Assembly: GCF_009914755.1 (NCBI RefSeq)
Contig: NC_060942.1
DNA length: 64,000 nucleotides
Direction: 5' to 3' (one strand)
Source: the human T2T-CHM13v2.0 reference genome, Homo sapiens
This document shows, piece after piece, positions 13,677-28,466 of this stretch; position 1 is the stretch's first letter, and each line of letters begins with the position of its first letter. The position numbers and the translations under genes are program-made. Under the pieces are notes generated by a model. The model did not search any database. It was not told where the DNA came from and was given only the letters and a program-made list of their open reading frames with translations.

Positions 13677-14149
13677 AGTATTAGTTTCCTATTGCTTCTA
13701 TAAGAAATTGCTACAAACTGGGTGGCTTAGAACAAGAAACAATTATTACCTCACACTTCCAGAGGCTAAAAGTCTAAAAATTAGGAGTTGGTAGGGCCAT
13801 GCTCTCTCTGAAGTCACTGGGAAAGAATCTGCTCAGGCATCTCCTAGCTTCTGGTAGCCTCAGGCATTCCTTGGCTTGCAGATGCATCACTCTGATCCTC
13901 TGTCTTCAACTGGTGGTCTTCCTGTGTCTTCATATCATCTTTTCTCTATGTGTGTCTGTCTCTGTATCAAATTTCCCCTTTTAATAAGGGCACCAGTTAT
14001 ATTGGATTAGAGCCCACACTAATGACTTCATTTCATCTTGATTACCTTTATAAAGACTCTTATTTCCTAATAAGGCCAGATTCTGGGATACTAGGGGTTA
14101 GGACTTCAAAATATCTTTGTTGGGAGGAGGCACAATTCAATCCATAACA
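13677..14149 (-). mobile_element. MaLR solo LTR (MLT1C-like) inserted in a MIR
   Basis: 'tattagtttcctattgct...caaactgggtggcttagaacaa...ggggttaggacttcaa...cacaattcaatccataaca'. MIR-like sequence lies on both sides (~13580-13675, ~14150-14225). Confidence 0.85.
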
Positions 14150-16881
14150 CCTTTCTTTGGTGTTCTGAGCAATAGAGATAATGGATCAAAATTGCCAGGC
14201 TCATTTTAAATGCTCAGTAAGGAGTCATCAGTATGTTCATAACAGAATGGTTCATTGCCCCTTTCAGATACATATGTCATGGTCATATTTACATTTGGCA
14301 TTCCAACTGTAGTTCAGAATTTCTGGCATTGCAATGTGTCAATGAGAGAAAGGCCCTTTGCTGTAGACCAAATTCCACTAAAATGTTTACGTACGCTCAA
14401 GGCTAAGGCTGTCAGATTTCTTTGTTTACTGTGTTAATTTTCAAAAATCACTTTGGACCAGACTCTGAGTCTTTTGATCACATTTACTGCTTTATCTTCT
14501 TTGTCTAACAGCTGCTTAGTGCATACTCAGCCCCTCAGTCCTTCCAAGTTTAGGCTGAGTTTCTTTTGTTTGAAAGAAGCAGGCTGCTATGTATTTTTTC
14601 TTTCTCTTTACTTTTTTTTCAGTTGAATTTTGGGGCTGAGCCTGACTCTCCCACAATGAAGAAAATTAATGCCAAGCTAGAGGCAGTGATAAAGAGGAAC
14701 ATCTCAGAGAGAGGACTTTGAAGGGAAGGGGATGTGTGTGATGTGCTGTCATGGGCATGGCTAACTGCATGAAAAGACCTTAAAAGTCTCTGCATTCCAA
14801 TACTGAGTTATCATATTCCATGCAGATTAGATTGCCAAAGAGAATCTGAACGGTGGCTTTTGCCTCATGGACATAAAAGGTTTGTTTTTTTTTTTTTGAG
14901 TCTCACGTCCATTAGAGCAAGGAATGGAACCTGGCTCATCAGGCTGGCTGAGGTTTTTTATGTGGTGGAGGGAGAGCGGGAGACCAGCTTTATAGAGTGC
15001 CCTATCAGGTAGATACACATTTGACACAAGAACGCTGAGTTATCAAGTTTTCTCCAAGGGCAATCATATATCTTGGGAATCCAGAGCCAAATTATATTTG
15101 ACATTTCATTTAAAGCCTGAGACATCTTGATGTTAAACCAGAGTCTAAGAGTGCTAAAGCAGGAGTCCATTCAATTTGACAGAGCGGATGTTTCTATTCC
15201 TATCTCACCTGCATGGGTAATAGACAAATCCTGATACTTCTTCCTTATTTCATCCAGATGAAAATCACTGAGTTAGCTCCCTGCCGAAATGATACTAGCT
15301 CAAAGTTATTTTCTCTTCACATCCCTGTGCAATGTGAAAAGAGTGTATCAGGAGTCATTTGGAAGTTGAATGGTGGCTGGTCTTATTTATGCAGTGGGTA
15401 ACAAAGTTATGTTTACTTGGCTTATGTTCCAGATTGAAGAGGTATGGGAAGCTTGTGTGTGGGTGGAAGATACGTAGGCACAATACTCATCAAGTGACAT
15501 ACCCTTCAGATGTATTGGGTGGGGCTGGGGGCTTGGAAAACTGCCTTTAACTCAGGTTGCTGCAATTTCCATCTCTTTCCTTTTCATGAGAATTTTATAC
15601 TTGTCCATGAGGATGTAGGAAGGAGGACAGGGAGGAAAAAAACAGGCAAAAGGAAGGCTAGTTTAGCCCAGTATTTTCCAGAGACTGTGCAAATAAATAT
15701 CGTCTAAAAATAAGAAAAAATTATATTATGTTAGCATAATGGTATATGTATATAATTCATAGAGAATGAAACGTACATATGTTTAGAAGCAATGCTCAAT
15801 TTGTATTTATTTTCTTTTTTTACTTAGGAGAGTACATGACTAAAAATGTCTGGAGATAACCAGTCCATGGTTTTTACTGGTTAGTATGTTTAATTAGTCC
15901 CTTAGGAAGTTACAAAAACAGTGAGTCCACCTTATAGTCAGTAATTATTTTATGAATTTTTAATATGTAAATAGTTCTGTGCTAAACTTTGCAATAGAAA
16001 CAAAGAAGTGTAAATGATGGCCCTTGTCTTCAAGGCACTCCCATAATGGGGAAGAATAAGAAGACTGTTGAATTCCAAGTTAGTTGATGTGGGCTGGGAT
16101 CATGCATCCGTATTTTCATGCCAAGTTGAGATGTGTCGAGCTTCACCAAGTAGCGTGGGATACTTAGCGAAGGGATGGAGAACAATTGGTGGAGTAAAGG
16201 AATAAGGGACTGAGTGAAAAAAAAAACAATGAAAAAGTGCTCTGGCAGACTTCAAGCTGAAGGAGAACTCACAATGGATTGGGCTGTAGTGGTCGCAGAG
16301 GAATGAAAAGAAAGAAGAAAACCATACAAGCTGTGAGTTCCTACTTTATTTGCAAACTTCTATAAGTGCAGCCAGTTTCTCTTTCAGGGGTCCCAAATAG
16401 GTCCTCTGGCCAAAAAAGGCCCCTCCAAGGATACAACAGATGCATTGAACCCCAGACACTATCTATTAGCGTACCTCCCTGCTCCAAAATATATGTTTTG
16501 CCTCATTATCATCTCTCTTTAAAAAATATCACCATAATATTACAACCAAATGTTATAGCATTGGTGGAGGTGCCTTAGAAAATTTTAGATAAATGAAAAA
16601 AAAGCATATTCTCATATTCTCAACATCCAGAAGCTGCCACCATTAGCACCTTGTTGAATATCCACCTTAGCATATTTACAACATTTTACATCAAAATGGA
16701 GCATACTATGCACACTGTTTCGTAACCTGCTCCTTTTTCTAGTAATGATGGCTACCTTTCCATTTAATTATATTGTAAACTCATCAAATATTCTCCCAGA
16801 TGACATTCACATGACTTGTGCAGTTGGTTTCTCCTGTATCAATCTAGGACCACATTGAGCCAGGTTGTAATGTCACTTAAG

Positions 16882-17458
<577 letters not shown>

Positions 17459-17469
17459 TCATTTTTTTC

Positions 17470-19945
17470 TTTTATGGCACTGACTTGTTAATGAGAATAG
17501 ATCAGTTGTCCTATGAATGTACTATCTTCTGTATCTGGCTTGTGGTGTCATTTAGCTCATAAGTTTCTTATATTTTACATGTGTCCCATATCCTAGAAAT
17601 TATGTCGAAAGGCTTAATGCATTCAAATTAAACATTTCTGGCTGATTTTAATTGATTTTAGATATATGGGATTGTAGTACACTGGAAGACACATAATATT
17701 TCATTGACCCATCATTAATGATACTAACATTGACCTTGGATTACTGTAATGACAATTCACTCCTCCATTGAAGAATAACACTTTTCTTTTGGGACCAGAA
17801 AGTAATCTGTGTAGTATTAATTTGCACTATATCAAAGTATTACTGTGCAAACCAGTCACCTAGTTGTTGTGACACCAATTGATTATCCTTGCTTGAAGCA
17901 GTTAATTTAATTAGAGTTTCTAAAATGTTTTAAAATCCCACCACTCTTTCTTCATTTATCGGCCAGGATTTCTATGTAAAAAAGGTTTCTTCACCAGGTG
18001 GGCAAATTTGTTACCCTGAAACCCAGTTACTAGCAGAAAGGCAGAAAATAAAAGATCAGTTCTTTCACTTTATTTCCCAGTTTTCAAAGAGTTGTTTTAA
18101 TACCCACCTCAAATGGTGACGAATGAGGTTTCTATGACTTTCTTTTAAAAATATCATTATGGACTCATTGACTTTTCATTGATTCAATCTGTTTCAATCC
18201 ACTAAACTCATTATTCTTTTTGAGGTTCAGATTGTCACAACTTTGACCTATGGTCGGCTCCACACTGGCTCCTGGTCTGTTTGTCACAGCCCCATTTGTC
18301 TTTGCAGGCTTCCTTGCTTTCCAGTGCGAGAAGTCCTAAGCTTACATTGCTCTTATTCTGCCCCAGACTTGAAATTAACCATTTCTCTGAGGAGCCTTGT
18401 GTGTGTGTGTTTTTCTTTTCCCCCATGGGAATGGTAATAGGGCCATACCTGGATATGAAGAATATTAATTGCTATTGAGGTTACATTGCTTCAAGGACAT
18501 TCCAGGCTCTTTAAATATATATTTGAAAAATCATGACATCATATTTATAATTTAACTAAAATATTAACATTTGAGTGTTTTTACTTTTTAAAATTTTATG
18601 TTTCTATCCCATTTTTTGCACTGAAAGTTTTGATACCTAATATCATTAAAATAATTATTTGTTTTCATATTTATTATTAAAAATATTTTGAAAATGTTAA
18701 TATTAATTTTACAACAAGCAATACAATTACTGAGGCAGTTTAATTGTTTCTGTGTGTGGTTATTTTTGCCTTAGAATATCTCATACCACATACTGACAAT
18801 CAAATTACTGCATTTTTGAGTTCTTTGAATGAAATAATTTTGCTGTTACCAATTTGATATACAGTTAGGTTCTTTTAGTTCAATTTGTTTTCAACTTGAG
18901 AAGTTATTTTCCTAATATAATTTTCTTGAAAAAGTTAATATATTTACATAATCAAAAGGTCAAAACAATACAAAATGCATGCACATAAATATTTTGCTTT
19001 CATTATTTCCCCCTTGCCAATTTGTGGAACAATTCAATAATTACTTTCTTGTTTATCATTCTAGTCTTTTGTTTACATAAATATAGTTTTTCATATCCTA
19101 TGTATACTATTCTGTGTCTTGCTGTTGGTTATTTTAAGATAGCTATTGTGATTTTGCTGTATCAGTACATAAATATTATTCTCACTTTAAAAATCTTTGC
19201 AAACACTCTTTCTTGAGGGTGCACCGTAACTATTTAACCTGTCTCATCTTGCTGGATAATTAGATTCTTCCCAGTATTCCCTTATTACAGTGAACAATCA
19301 TGTATAAATGCCATTTCACCTTTTTTGCAGGTGTATATGTGGTATAGTGTCCTAGAAGTGGAATTGCAGGGTGAAAAAAAATCCACTTGTCATTTTGTTA
19401 GGTATTGCTAAATTCTCTTCCTCAGAAGTGGTATCATTGTCCAACCTCACCAGCGATATAAAACCATGCACTGCAGTATCTATAATCTAGTACTTCAACT
19501 ACAGAATGTATTGTGAAATTTTAGGTAAAAAAATAGTATCTTGTTAGAGCTTTCATTTGCATTTCTTTTAGTGTATGTGTGATATTGAAAATCTTCTCCT
19601 ATTTTTAAGGGAAACTTGTAATTTGCTGTTGCTATCTGTTGCCTCTTCTCTATTGGATGGTTGGTTTCTCTCCTCTAGATTTCTAGGAACTTTGTATAAT
19701 TATCTTAGCTCTTTGTCTACAATGTAGGCTGCACTTTTTTTCTGTCTGTCATTTCTCTTGGCTGTCAGTGATGCTTTTTACCAAACAAAAGTTTTTATTT
19801 TTATGTGTTCACATTTGTCATTCTTTTCTCTTGTGGCATCTGGGTTTTCAGTTATAGTTAGAGAAACCTTCTCTGCTCTAAAGTTTTACAGGCATTTTCT
19901 GTTTTTTCCTGGTATTTACATAATTTCATTTCATTTGCATTTAGA
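17470..19945 (-). mobile_element. Ancient L1M (L1MC/L1ME-type) 3' fragments
   Basis: T-rich plus strand with L1 antisense motifs such as 'cctagaagtggaattgcaggg', 'ttcatttgcatttcttt' and 'ggcatctgggttttcagttatagttagagaaaccttc'. Boundaries approximate. Confidence 0.55.
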
Positions 19946-21596
19946 TATTTGATTCATTTAGCTTGTTATTTTCCATCTGTTTTCAAAGCCCTTGACACTT
20001 TCCTCTCACAGTGATATTTTTCACTGATTTTTATGGTACCCTAAGTTATGGCTCACTCTTTTATACTTTAGTTCCTCTATACCTCTGCTTACATAGTTCT
20101 CCTCTAGTACACCCCTTTTCTCTGTGCCTTTCAAAATCCTACTTTTTCTTGGCTCTAAGCAAGTCATGTCTTCATTGATGATGTCGTTGACTGCTATAAC
20201 CAACATTTGCCTCTGTATCCTCTGAAGTTTCTATAACATTTACCCACTGGCATCCATGGCATGATGGAAGATTTACTGCTTTGTATTTTTAGTTGATGCC
20301 TATATGAGATACCTAACAATTAAATGGTAAGCCAGCTGAAATCAGGAATCACATTTTATTTTTCTATGCACCCCCTTCACCTCCTGAAAAGCCACCTGCC
20401 TCTGTGTCCTATCCAAGACCTCTGGCCATTTGAAGCATCTCATTCCAAAAAAGCAAAGACATTCTCTCTCAGGCCTTTCTAGTTGGCTGAGAAGTTAACT
20501 GTCACTCCTACTTTGTGTAGAGGAAAATTTTACTAAATAAATATTTGGTGCCATTTATTATTGTGAACAGAAAAGGATATAAACATAATGCGTGAAAAAT
20601 CACAACCAGTAGTTCTGATTTCCCCATGAAGGCCATTGCTGCTGGACAAACCATGGGACCAAGATCTCTCCTCTGAGACAGAAAAACACAAGGCCAGACC
20701 AGATTTTCTGCTGATTGGGCAACTCCAGAATGTACTTCCTCAAAAAAATGACTCCATACAAAGGTATTCATTTTTACTCTATTTAGAGCCCATCACTGTC
20801 TAGTACCTCGGACAGCAACCCAAGCAGGGAAGCAGTCAGCTGTTTATTGGCTGTGGTTGGTAGACTTGGGTCTATCACAGGTGGAGAGAGAATAAAAGCA
20901 GAAGGGGAGTTGGGAAAGCAAAAACCCACCCTATTGCTTGGGAGAAATCACAACAGAGCCAGAGACAAGGCAAAGGGGAAAAGGCCAGATTTATGCCAGG
21001 TGGTAAGAAGGGCACGTTTGGGGCTGGATAATGTTTGCTCAGCTTACACTGGATAGCTGCCTTCCTTCTTAGGGGCTACAATTTTCTTCAACAACTGACT
21101 CTTCCTTACTCAGCATGACAAGGTGCAGACCTGTCTGTGCTGTAGTGAGCCTGCAAATGAGAAAGACCAGCCTTCCTTAGACAATTTCAGGGACTTCTCC
21201 AAAGGGGTCTGATGACCCAGGAGGGGATGATGAGTTCAGGCTTTGTATCCTGTATAGAAGGAGGCTGATGATTGCTATCACTGAAGTTGTTGCTTATGAT
21301 TGGGTCCTGAAGAGTTTTGTTCTTAATTGGTGAAAATTTGCTCTTACATGGTAGAAGAATACAAAGTTCATAGCTGTTTTTATTTATAACTTCATTCATT
21401 CATTTATTCAATATACAATTATGGACTGTCTACTACTTTCTAGCAACTTAGTCTCGAATATGTAAAGCAAAAGAAGATATAATCTTTTTTCAAGGATCTT
21501 TTTGTATAGAGCAATGGTCCACCAGTTGCTATTTTTTTTTAAATCTCACGCATGAGCACTAAACACTTTCCAATGCATATCCTAATTATTCTCAGT

Positions 21597-21722
21597 TTGT
21601 CTTTTTATGAGACAAGTTCTTGCTGTTTTCCAGGCTGATCTTGAACTCCCAGGTCCATGCAATCCTTCCACCTCATGCTTTCAAGTAGCTGATATTACAG
21701 GCACATGCCACTGCACCCTGCT
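21597..21722 (-). mobile_element. FLAM-type Alu monomer
   Basis: Single ~120 bp arm 'gagacaagttcttgctgttttccaggctgatcttgaactccc...ttacaggcacatgccactgcacc'. Confidence 0.85.
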
Positions 21723-23904
21723 CTTCTTAGTTATTTACAACAACATATTTTACTATCCTAATATAAATGTTATAAAACTTACACAAAAGCAAACATTACA
21801 AAGGGGTTATAAAAATACAAATTGAAGTTTTAATATCTTTCTCTCTTAGAATGGTTTTGTGAAAATTACTAAAGACAACACAAATACAATATGGACTATT
21901 AAAACCTGTTGCACATCCAAGCATAAATTAGGCCAGTTAAAACAGAATTTGTCAAGGGTCTCGTTACTTGTTTTACCCTACCTAGGCACCAGAAAATCAT
22001 GCTTCCAATGTCACCATGGGGTTGTCTAGCTCAACCAAACCAAAGGGACCTTTTCTTTTTAAAAATAAGACTTATGAGGGCAATAAAATATTCTTTGGGA
22101 GAGAAAGGAGTGATAATATGCAACATATACCACCTAGTTAAAGGAAAAAAGTCCTGAAACTGGACCCCAGTTCATTCACCATAAAGAACTGGGGCTGACT
22201 GAAGTGATGTGGCTAAGGGGCCAGTTTGGATCCCGGCTTCATTTTCTTCTGGTTGCTCCACAGGGTTCTTTTCTCTAAAGTTGGATGCTAACTATCTTAC
22301 TCTTGGGTAATGGCACTATTACTAAGGTATAGTCTATGCTTAAACATTTACCCAAAACAAAGGCGTTATATATCTAACTTCTATTAGCTGTTATTTGTGT
22401 AAGAGTTTCTGCCACTCCAGTGGTCTCTGAGCTTAGCTGCTTCTAGCTATGTGAAATTGCGACATTCTGTGACCTGGGTCTTCTTGGTGAAGTCATTTCT
22501 GTATGAATTGTGGTGGTTGAGGGTTCAGGTGGTGTGATCAACTCCATTTTGTAGAAAGACTTACTTCCCTTTTGAAGTCCTGGTTGAAAATGAGTTCCCT
22601 CATTGTGCAAAACATAAGCAACGTGACATTCCCTGCAAACATTTAAAAAATTCATTATTTTTTACATTTAATTTTAAAATTGATACATAATAGATGTACA
22701 TATTTACTATCAGGGTCCTGTAGAAATTATTAAACATCTCCATGGGAATAGTGAATTACAACGCTACATTCATCACACATGTTCAATATTTTGTAGGCAA
22801 CAATAAGATAATAGTATCAGTGCTGAATGTGACATGTAAACTATTTTACCTTCAGGCTTACTACCCTGAGTTCAAAGGAAAATTTAAATGAAATATTTTT
22901 CAAGTGTTCCACAGGAAACTCATTTTAGAAGATGCTTGCAAATCATTTACAAATATTTTAAAAATATCTCACTCCAGTTCTCAGCATTTTACTTTGCAAT
23001 ATCAATATACTTAGCAAAACTCCCCTCACAGACAACTTAGAAAAAGACCTCAGCCTGAGTCAGAATTATTCAGGTTTCAAATGGTACAGTCCAAATTACT
23101 GATGCCTCAGTTCACTTTAAGACTGGTTTAAGGTTAAGTTAAACCAAGAGGAAGTCATGTTTGGTGGTGAGACCCTTCTGTGGGCAAGAGATAGCCTCTG
23201 ATGGAGAGTGTTGGCAGGTGCTCTGTTCTCTCTTTATGGTCCTGCTTAGCTCGCTCTGTGTGATTTCCCATTTGCAATATTAACATAATATCATGCACAT
23301 ACATATATTTATAGAGTGCCTCCTTTCCAAGGAGGAAATACATTAAGATTAAGCCAAATATTTTCATTTCCCCAACCACATTGTAAACAAAACAATTGAT
23401 TTCCTTACCTCTGGGGTGGAAAGCCTCAGTTGTCTCCAAGCTACCAAACTATACTGAAGATAAAAGTGACTGAAATTATGGCATTGTTTTGAACAACAGA
23501 TAAACTGACACAGCCTTAATACAACTTTTGGCATTACTGAAAACGAATTTGGAAACTTGATGTTTTATTAGGGAGCATTTGGTCATCCATATGGTATTAA
23601 ACAGCAGAGAAGCAGTGCCTTCATTGAGATGATCCTCATGACTCATTCTTTGCAGCAGTGTCCAAGAATACTTATTGGTTATTAATTGGGTATTGTGTGA
23701 TGCATATATATGTCCTGAACACTCTGCACCTGCATCTTCCCTTATAGTCCTTTAATATTTGCACTTTATGTTTGAGTGATTATTTTATTAATGTCTATAT
23801 TCCCTCAGGCTACCATGAATGCTTCATGAATGCAGAGAGTACTTCTGATTTATACCCTGTCTCTGTACAAGGACTGGCAAATAGTAATGCTAAATCCATA
23901 TTTG

Positions 23905-24108
23905 TAGAAGGAAGGAAGGAATGAGGGAGGGAGAAGGAAGGAAGGAAAGAAGGAAGGAAGGGAGGAAGGAAGGAACAAAGGAAGGAAGGGAGGGAGGAAG
24001 GAAGGAACAAAGGAAGGAAGGAAGAAAGGAAGGAAGGAAGATGAGATAGAAATGAGAGAGAGAGAGAGACAGAGTGGGGGGGGGAGAGAGAGAGAGAGAG
24101 AGAGAGAT
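23905..24108 (+). repeat. Compound (GGAA)n/(GA)n polypurine microsatellite
   Basis: ~200 bp almost pure purine strand: GGAA arrays, then (GA)n, a G9 run and (GA)n. Confidence 0.95.
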
Positions 24109-27100
24109 GGGATTTGGAAATAGCCCAAATGTTCTGATGTTTCATTGTTTATCTGATTATTTTCTCACCATATATAGCTAGTAGTCATCTGGCTTCATAC
24201 TTCCTTGGGAAGGACAGCAGGGCCAGACCTGCCAAATGTTTAATTGCAGCTCACTGTAAAAAGAATTAACACTCCAGTAAAAATGGACCCACAAGCAAGC
24301 TGCTCAGATCATTGTAGATCCTGAATTTCAGATCTGTGAGGAACTTGGATGCTTATCGCATCCTCATTTTGGCCTTGAGGAAATTGAAGCTCATAAAGGC
24401 TAGGTAACTTGCTGAAGGTCACACAGCTGGTGGCAGGACAGTGTTACCTCTATTTCATGCTGCTTCTTGGATAGACTGCAGACAAAACATGTACCAAACT
24501 TTAATTTCTATTGCTCTCAGTGCTGGGGGGATGCCAGAGTTCTTGCTTCACAACAAGTGTTCAGAAGCAGAATAATTGAGGAACATCACAGCAGGCTCTG
24601 GGAGGAATTTGTGGCCAGTCATATGAAATTTGAGTGTCTGGCTGAAACTGACTCTAGTCAATCACTGGCTGTGTCTCTGGCTATTGAGAAGGAGGTAGTG
24701 GATTTTTGGGGTATTGCTTTAGTTGCTATTACAGGGTGATATTTTGAACAAAGACACCTTTTTTTTTTTCAAATCTCTATTTCTGGTAAAGTTAAATTCA
24801 GCACTTGATTTGTAGTATTCAGCACCAGGGAAAGATTAGTAACTTCTCCCTTAAAACCTAGATGTGGTTCCCAGCCCTAGTATTTAATATACTGCAGGCC
24901 ATGTAGGCCATTCATCTTAATTATGTAATTATTAAAAAGATTCTGATATTGTCTACTTATCAAAGATCTCTAGAATACATACCACACCCCTCTGATTAGG
25001 GGTGATTAGAGAAATACCTGAGACCAAACTATTTTCACATTTCCTTCTCTATTGATTGTCCAAAAGGTGATTATTGTGGCTGCTCAGCAGGCTGTTCTCA
25101 TTAGGGCTCCATTGATTGTGAGCTGGTTATGGTTCCAAATGCCAGGCCAAGTGTGTTGCTTTGAATTTGTAGTGTGAGGCACTCCGATAAGATAAAGAAA
25201 AATTAAGGCCAGCATTTTAGTCTCCAAGTTCTGGTTAAATTGTTACACCTTCATACAGCTTTCCCAGATTCCTGCCCCAAAGAAACAACATTAATTAGTC
25301 TTTTCAGCTATGCAGTCTTTGGAAGCAATACTCTTGATTTATTGAAGGCTGCATTATTAAAATTATCTGCTGTGTCTGTCCTTAATAAGGTCAAAGAAGG
25401 AATCTATGAACGCTGATTCATCACAAAGGCTCTGGGGATGCACATCATTGAGAAAGCCAATTTTATTTTCCCTACTGCAAGACAAAACCGGATCGCAACT
25501 TTCCTTGCTTATCGGGAAGGCAAAGCCCGAATCCACTATTAATTTGGAGAAAGACCTAATCAGTACATCTGGCCTTCTTTGTGGAGGATTCCTCATGACC
25601 AGGCTGCATATATAGTATGGAGTGGTGAGGGAGGGTTTTAACTGTCTAAGTGAATGATAATTCCTCTCAGGAGATGCTTGTTGGAATAGATTTCCCTCCA
25701 TGATCTCAGCCTACATTTCTTTAATAGTTATTAATGCCACTGTATCAGCAATCCTGTTCTCTTGCCATGATAAAATCTCCCCGAAGAGAATTGCTATTGT
25801 GTACATTTAGTAGGATTGAGGAAGACAAGATGCAGGGGAAGAGAACTGATTTTCCCTCTTTCAGTAGAAGGCATTGATGGGGACATCAGTGTGTCGTGTA
25901 TCACACAATCTGTAAATTACTTCAAAATTGCATGGGATGTTCTCCATAATACCCTCACAACGTAAAGTCTCCCAGCTTGACCTATTTGGCTTAATTTGTG
26001 CTTTCTGCAAAAGAGTTTATTTTTTCTTTCCAGTGAAAAATTGTAGTTCTGGAATTTTGGGGGCAGCCAGCATAAGAAAATAAAATCGTGTTTGGCCTTG
26101 TATTGCACCAAACATATAGTAAGTCACCTGTGAATATTTGCTGAATTGTGGATACAATGACAAGATAAAAAGGTACAATTTCCCATGAGTTCATTTCAAT
26201 ACAGTTCCCATTTACAAAAAGCAATTAGAGCTTTGTCTTCAACATAATATATTTATTAAATAAATGTAACTGTGTAATCATGGAATCTAAGCACAGGAGG
26301 ATTTCCAAGCTTCACCTCACATCAAATGCAGGCATCATATAGCCTCTAGGCCTTGGGTTATGTCAGGGATTTTTGCTTTTCACTTAGACTTGCAGTTGTC
26401 TTTCTTAGAAGATATGAAACATGTTGGTCCCACCTCTAGCCAAGTAAAAACAGGTATGTGAATAAAATGACTATCAAAACAGGTTCTTTTCAAAGCGTTG
26501 GAAATATTGGATTTCTCTTGGCTGTGAATGTAGTGGGAGTCTTGATGTCTTCGTCATATTGGGGAGCTTTTTATTCAGCATACTAAAAACATGTATCTAG
26601 CAATTTCTAGAGGGTGCCAGGACTTTTCTTGGGGTTAGAGTAATGAAGATGATTATACAATGGCCTCTATCCAGTTGACGCAACTGATTAGATTAGCTAA
26701 ATGTTACAGGGCACGGTGGTATAAAAAAATTCCTAGAAGACGGAAGATTTTATTCACCACATAAGCAGTCATGGGGTAGGTGTTCCACAACTAGTTGGAT
26801 GTGTCAAGGCACAGCATCCTACAAAAACATAGTCTGTTTTGAAAAATTCAGTCTGCCTGAAGGTGGGTGGCTGGAGAAAAACTTGAGAAGTTAGGAGGGA
26901 CCACATCACCCAATACCTGGTTAACCAACTAGGAGAGATTTAATGACTACCTGTATAGCCAGCAGGAACATTTAATGTGGGGTACAAGATCACCTTTGTT
27001 CTTTAGGAAGTTTGTAGTCATTCGTAAATCCAAAGGAAAAAGCAAAAATTCAGGCCATGTTATGCCTCACATGTAAAATAGCCTGCTATCCAGCCCTGGG

Positions 27101-28466
27101 CATTGCATTATTCCAGTAAGGGCTAATGTTGTATATTCTTCTCAACTATTTCAATAAAAAATGTGGAGGATACATTCCAGTTGAAAGATCACTTATTTGA
27201 ATTTTACCTTTTAGTGCCAAGATTGCAGGGAAAAATATCATTTGTGAGCCTCTCGGAAGGTTGGCTGATCTGCAGATAGGATAAAATATCCTGCATGTAC
27301 TCTCCATTTGATTTGTAATTTACATAGCATCTCTTTGTTCATCAAGGAACACCCTGCATGACTTCCTGACACTGACCTGGATTTTACTTATGGCTGCCCT
27401 AAATTGTGTTATCATGGTGTACCGGTTGTTCAGTATTCAGCCTTGCTCCTCTGTAACTTAATATTATGATTTATTTCTGACTTGGCTTTTCTTTATCGAA
27501 TGCTGACTTTTTCTAAGAGGTTCATGTGGAAATGTGCTACATGAAAAAAAAAAAAGGAGCACAGTTTGGCCTCAGGGCAAAAACATGAATACTGACCCAG
27601 GGACATGAATACAGGGCAGAAGAGAGAGTGGCACAGGCAACAAAATTAACTCATTTCTTTGCCTTTTGTGTGTTCCTAAGTGTGTGGAGTGACTCAAATT
27701 TTAGCACAGAAAGTAAAGTTAGAAAGCAACTGCTATTTGCCAACAACCCATTCTTTAATTCTCAAAGATCAAAAATTTGCTTGAAAACTGACATTTTCAT
27801 TTTCTCCTGGCCCAGTGAACAAAGTTTTAAGGTTATGTGGTCGCTCTGATACCACCTAAGAAGCAAATATTTCTTGCAGTCTACTTCTAGATGTGAATGA
27901 ACTGAAAGTAAATGACTCAGAGATGGAGTAAATGTCCCTTGAAATACACCCAAACTTAATAATTAGGAGAAGAGTGCTTGAATAAACACATTTAGAGTGT
28001 TATTGAGCATATACAAGCTTAGATGGTCCATATTTCTAAAAGACAGTGAGTCTATAGCACATTCTTCGGAGATGAGAAAATTATGCCATAAATAAAATTT
28101 GTAGTGGAGGCATTTGTTTTATCATTCAGTTAAGTAGCAGGAATTCTTTCATACCTAGAGGGACTTAGGTAAAACTAATAAACAGACATACTTAACAACA
28201 AGAACAACAACAACAAAAATAAAGCATTACCATTCAAGAGTGTGAAATCACTTCTCTGAGAGCCTTTTTGGATTGAATATTCTTTTTGGGCTGGTAATGT
28301 CAAACTAAAACTTTACCTAAACACAGATAACTAGGTGGCTCTTAGCATACCTTTCAGGGCTTATGGTCTCCAATTATTCCACTCACATCCCCCTATACAT
28401 TTCCAAATCACCTCTTTCAGTGTCTCCAGTGTTTAAACATGAACTGGATAGAGTGTTGCATGGTAG

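Noticed and set aside
23810-24145. 111-aa and 92-aa LPSF-repeat ORFs
   Set aside because: Translations of the (TTCC)n/(TC)n microsatellite.
27582-27612. ACATGAATAC repeated twice, 21 bp apart
   Set aside because: Only two short units; an ordinary micro-duplication, not an array or CRISPR-like structure.
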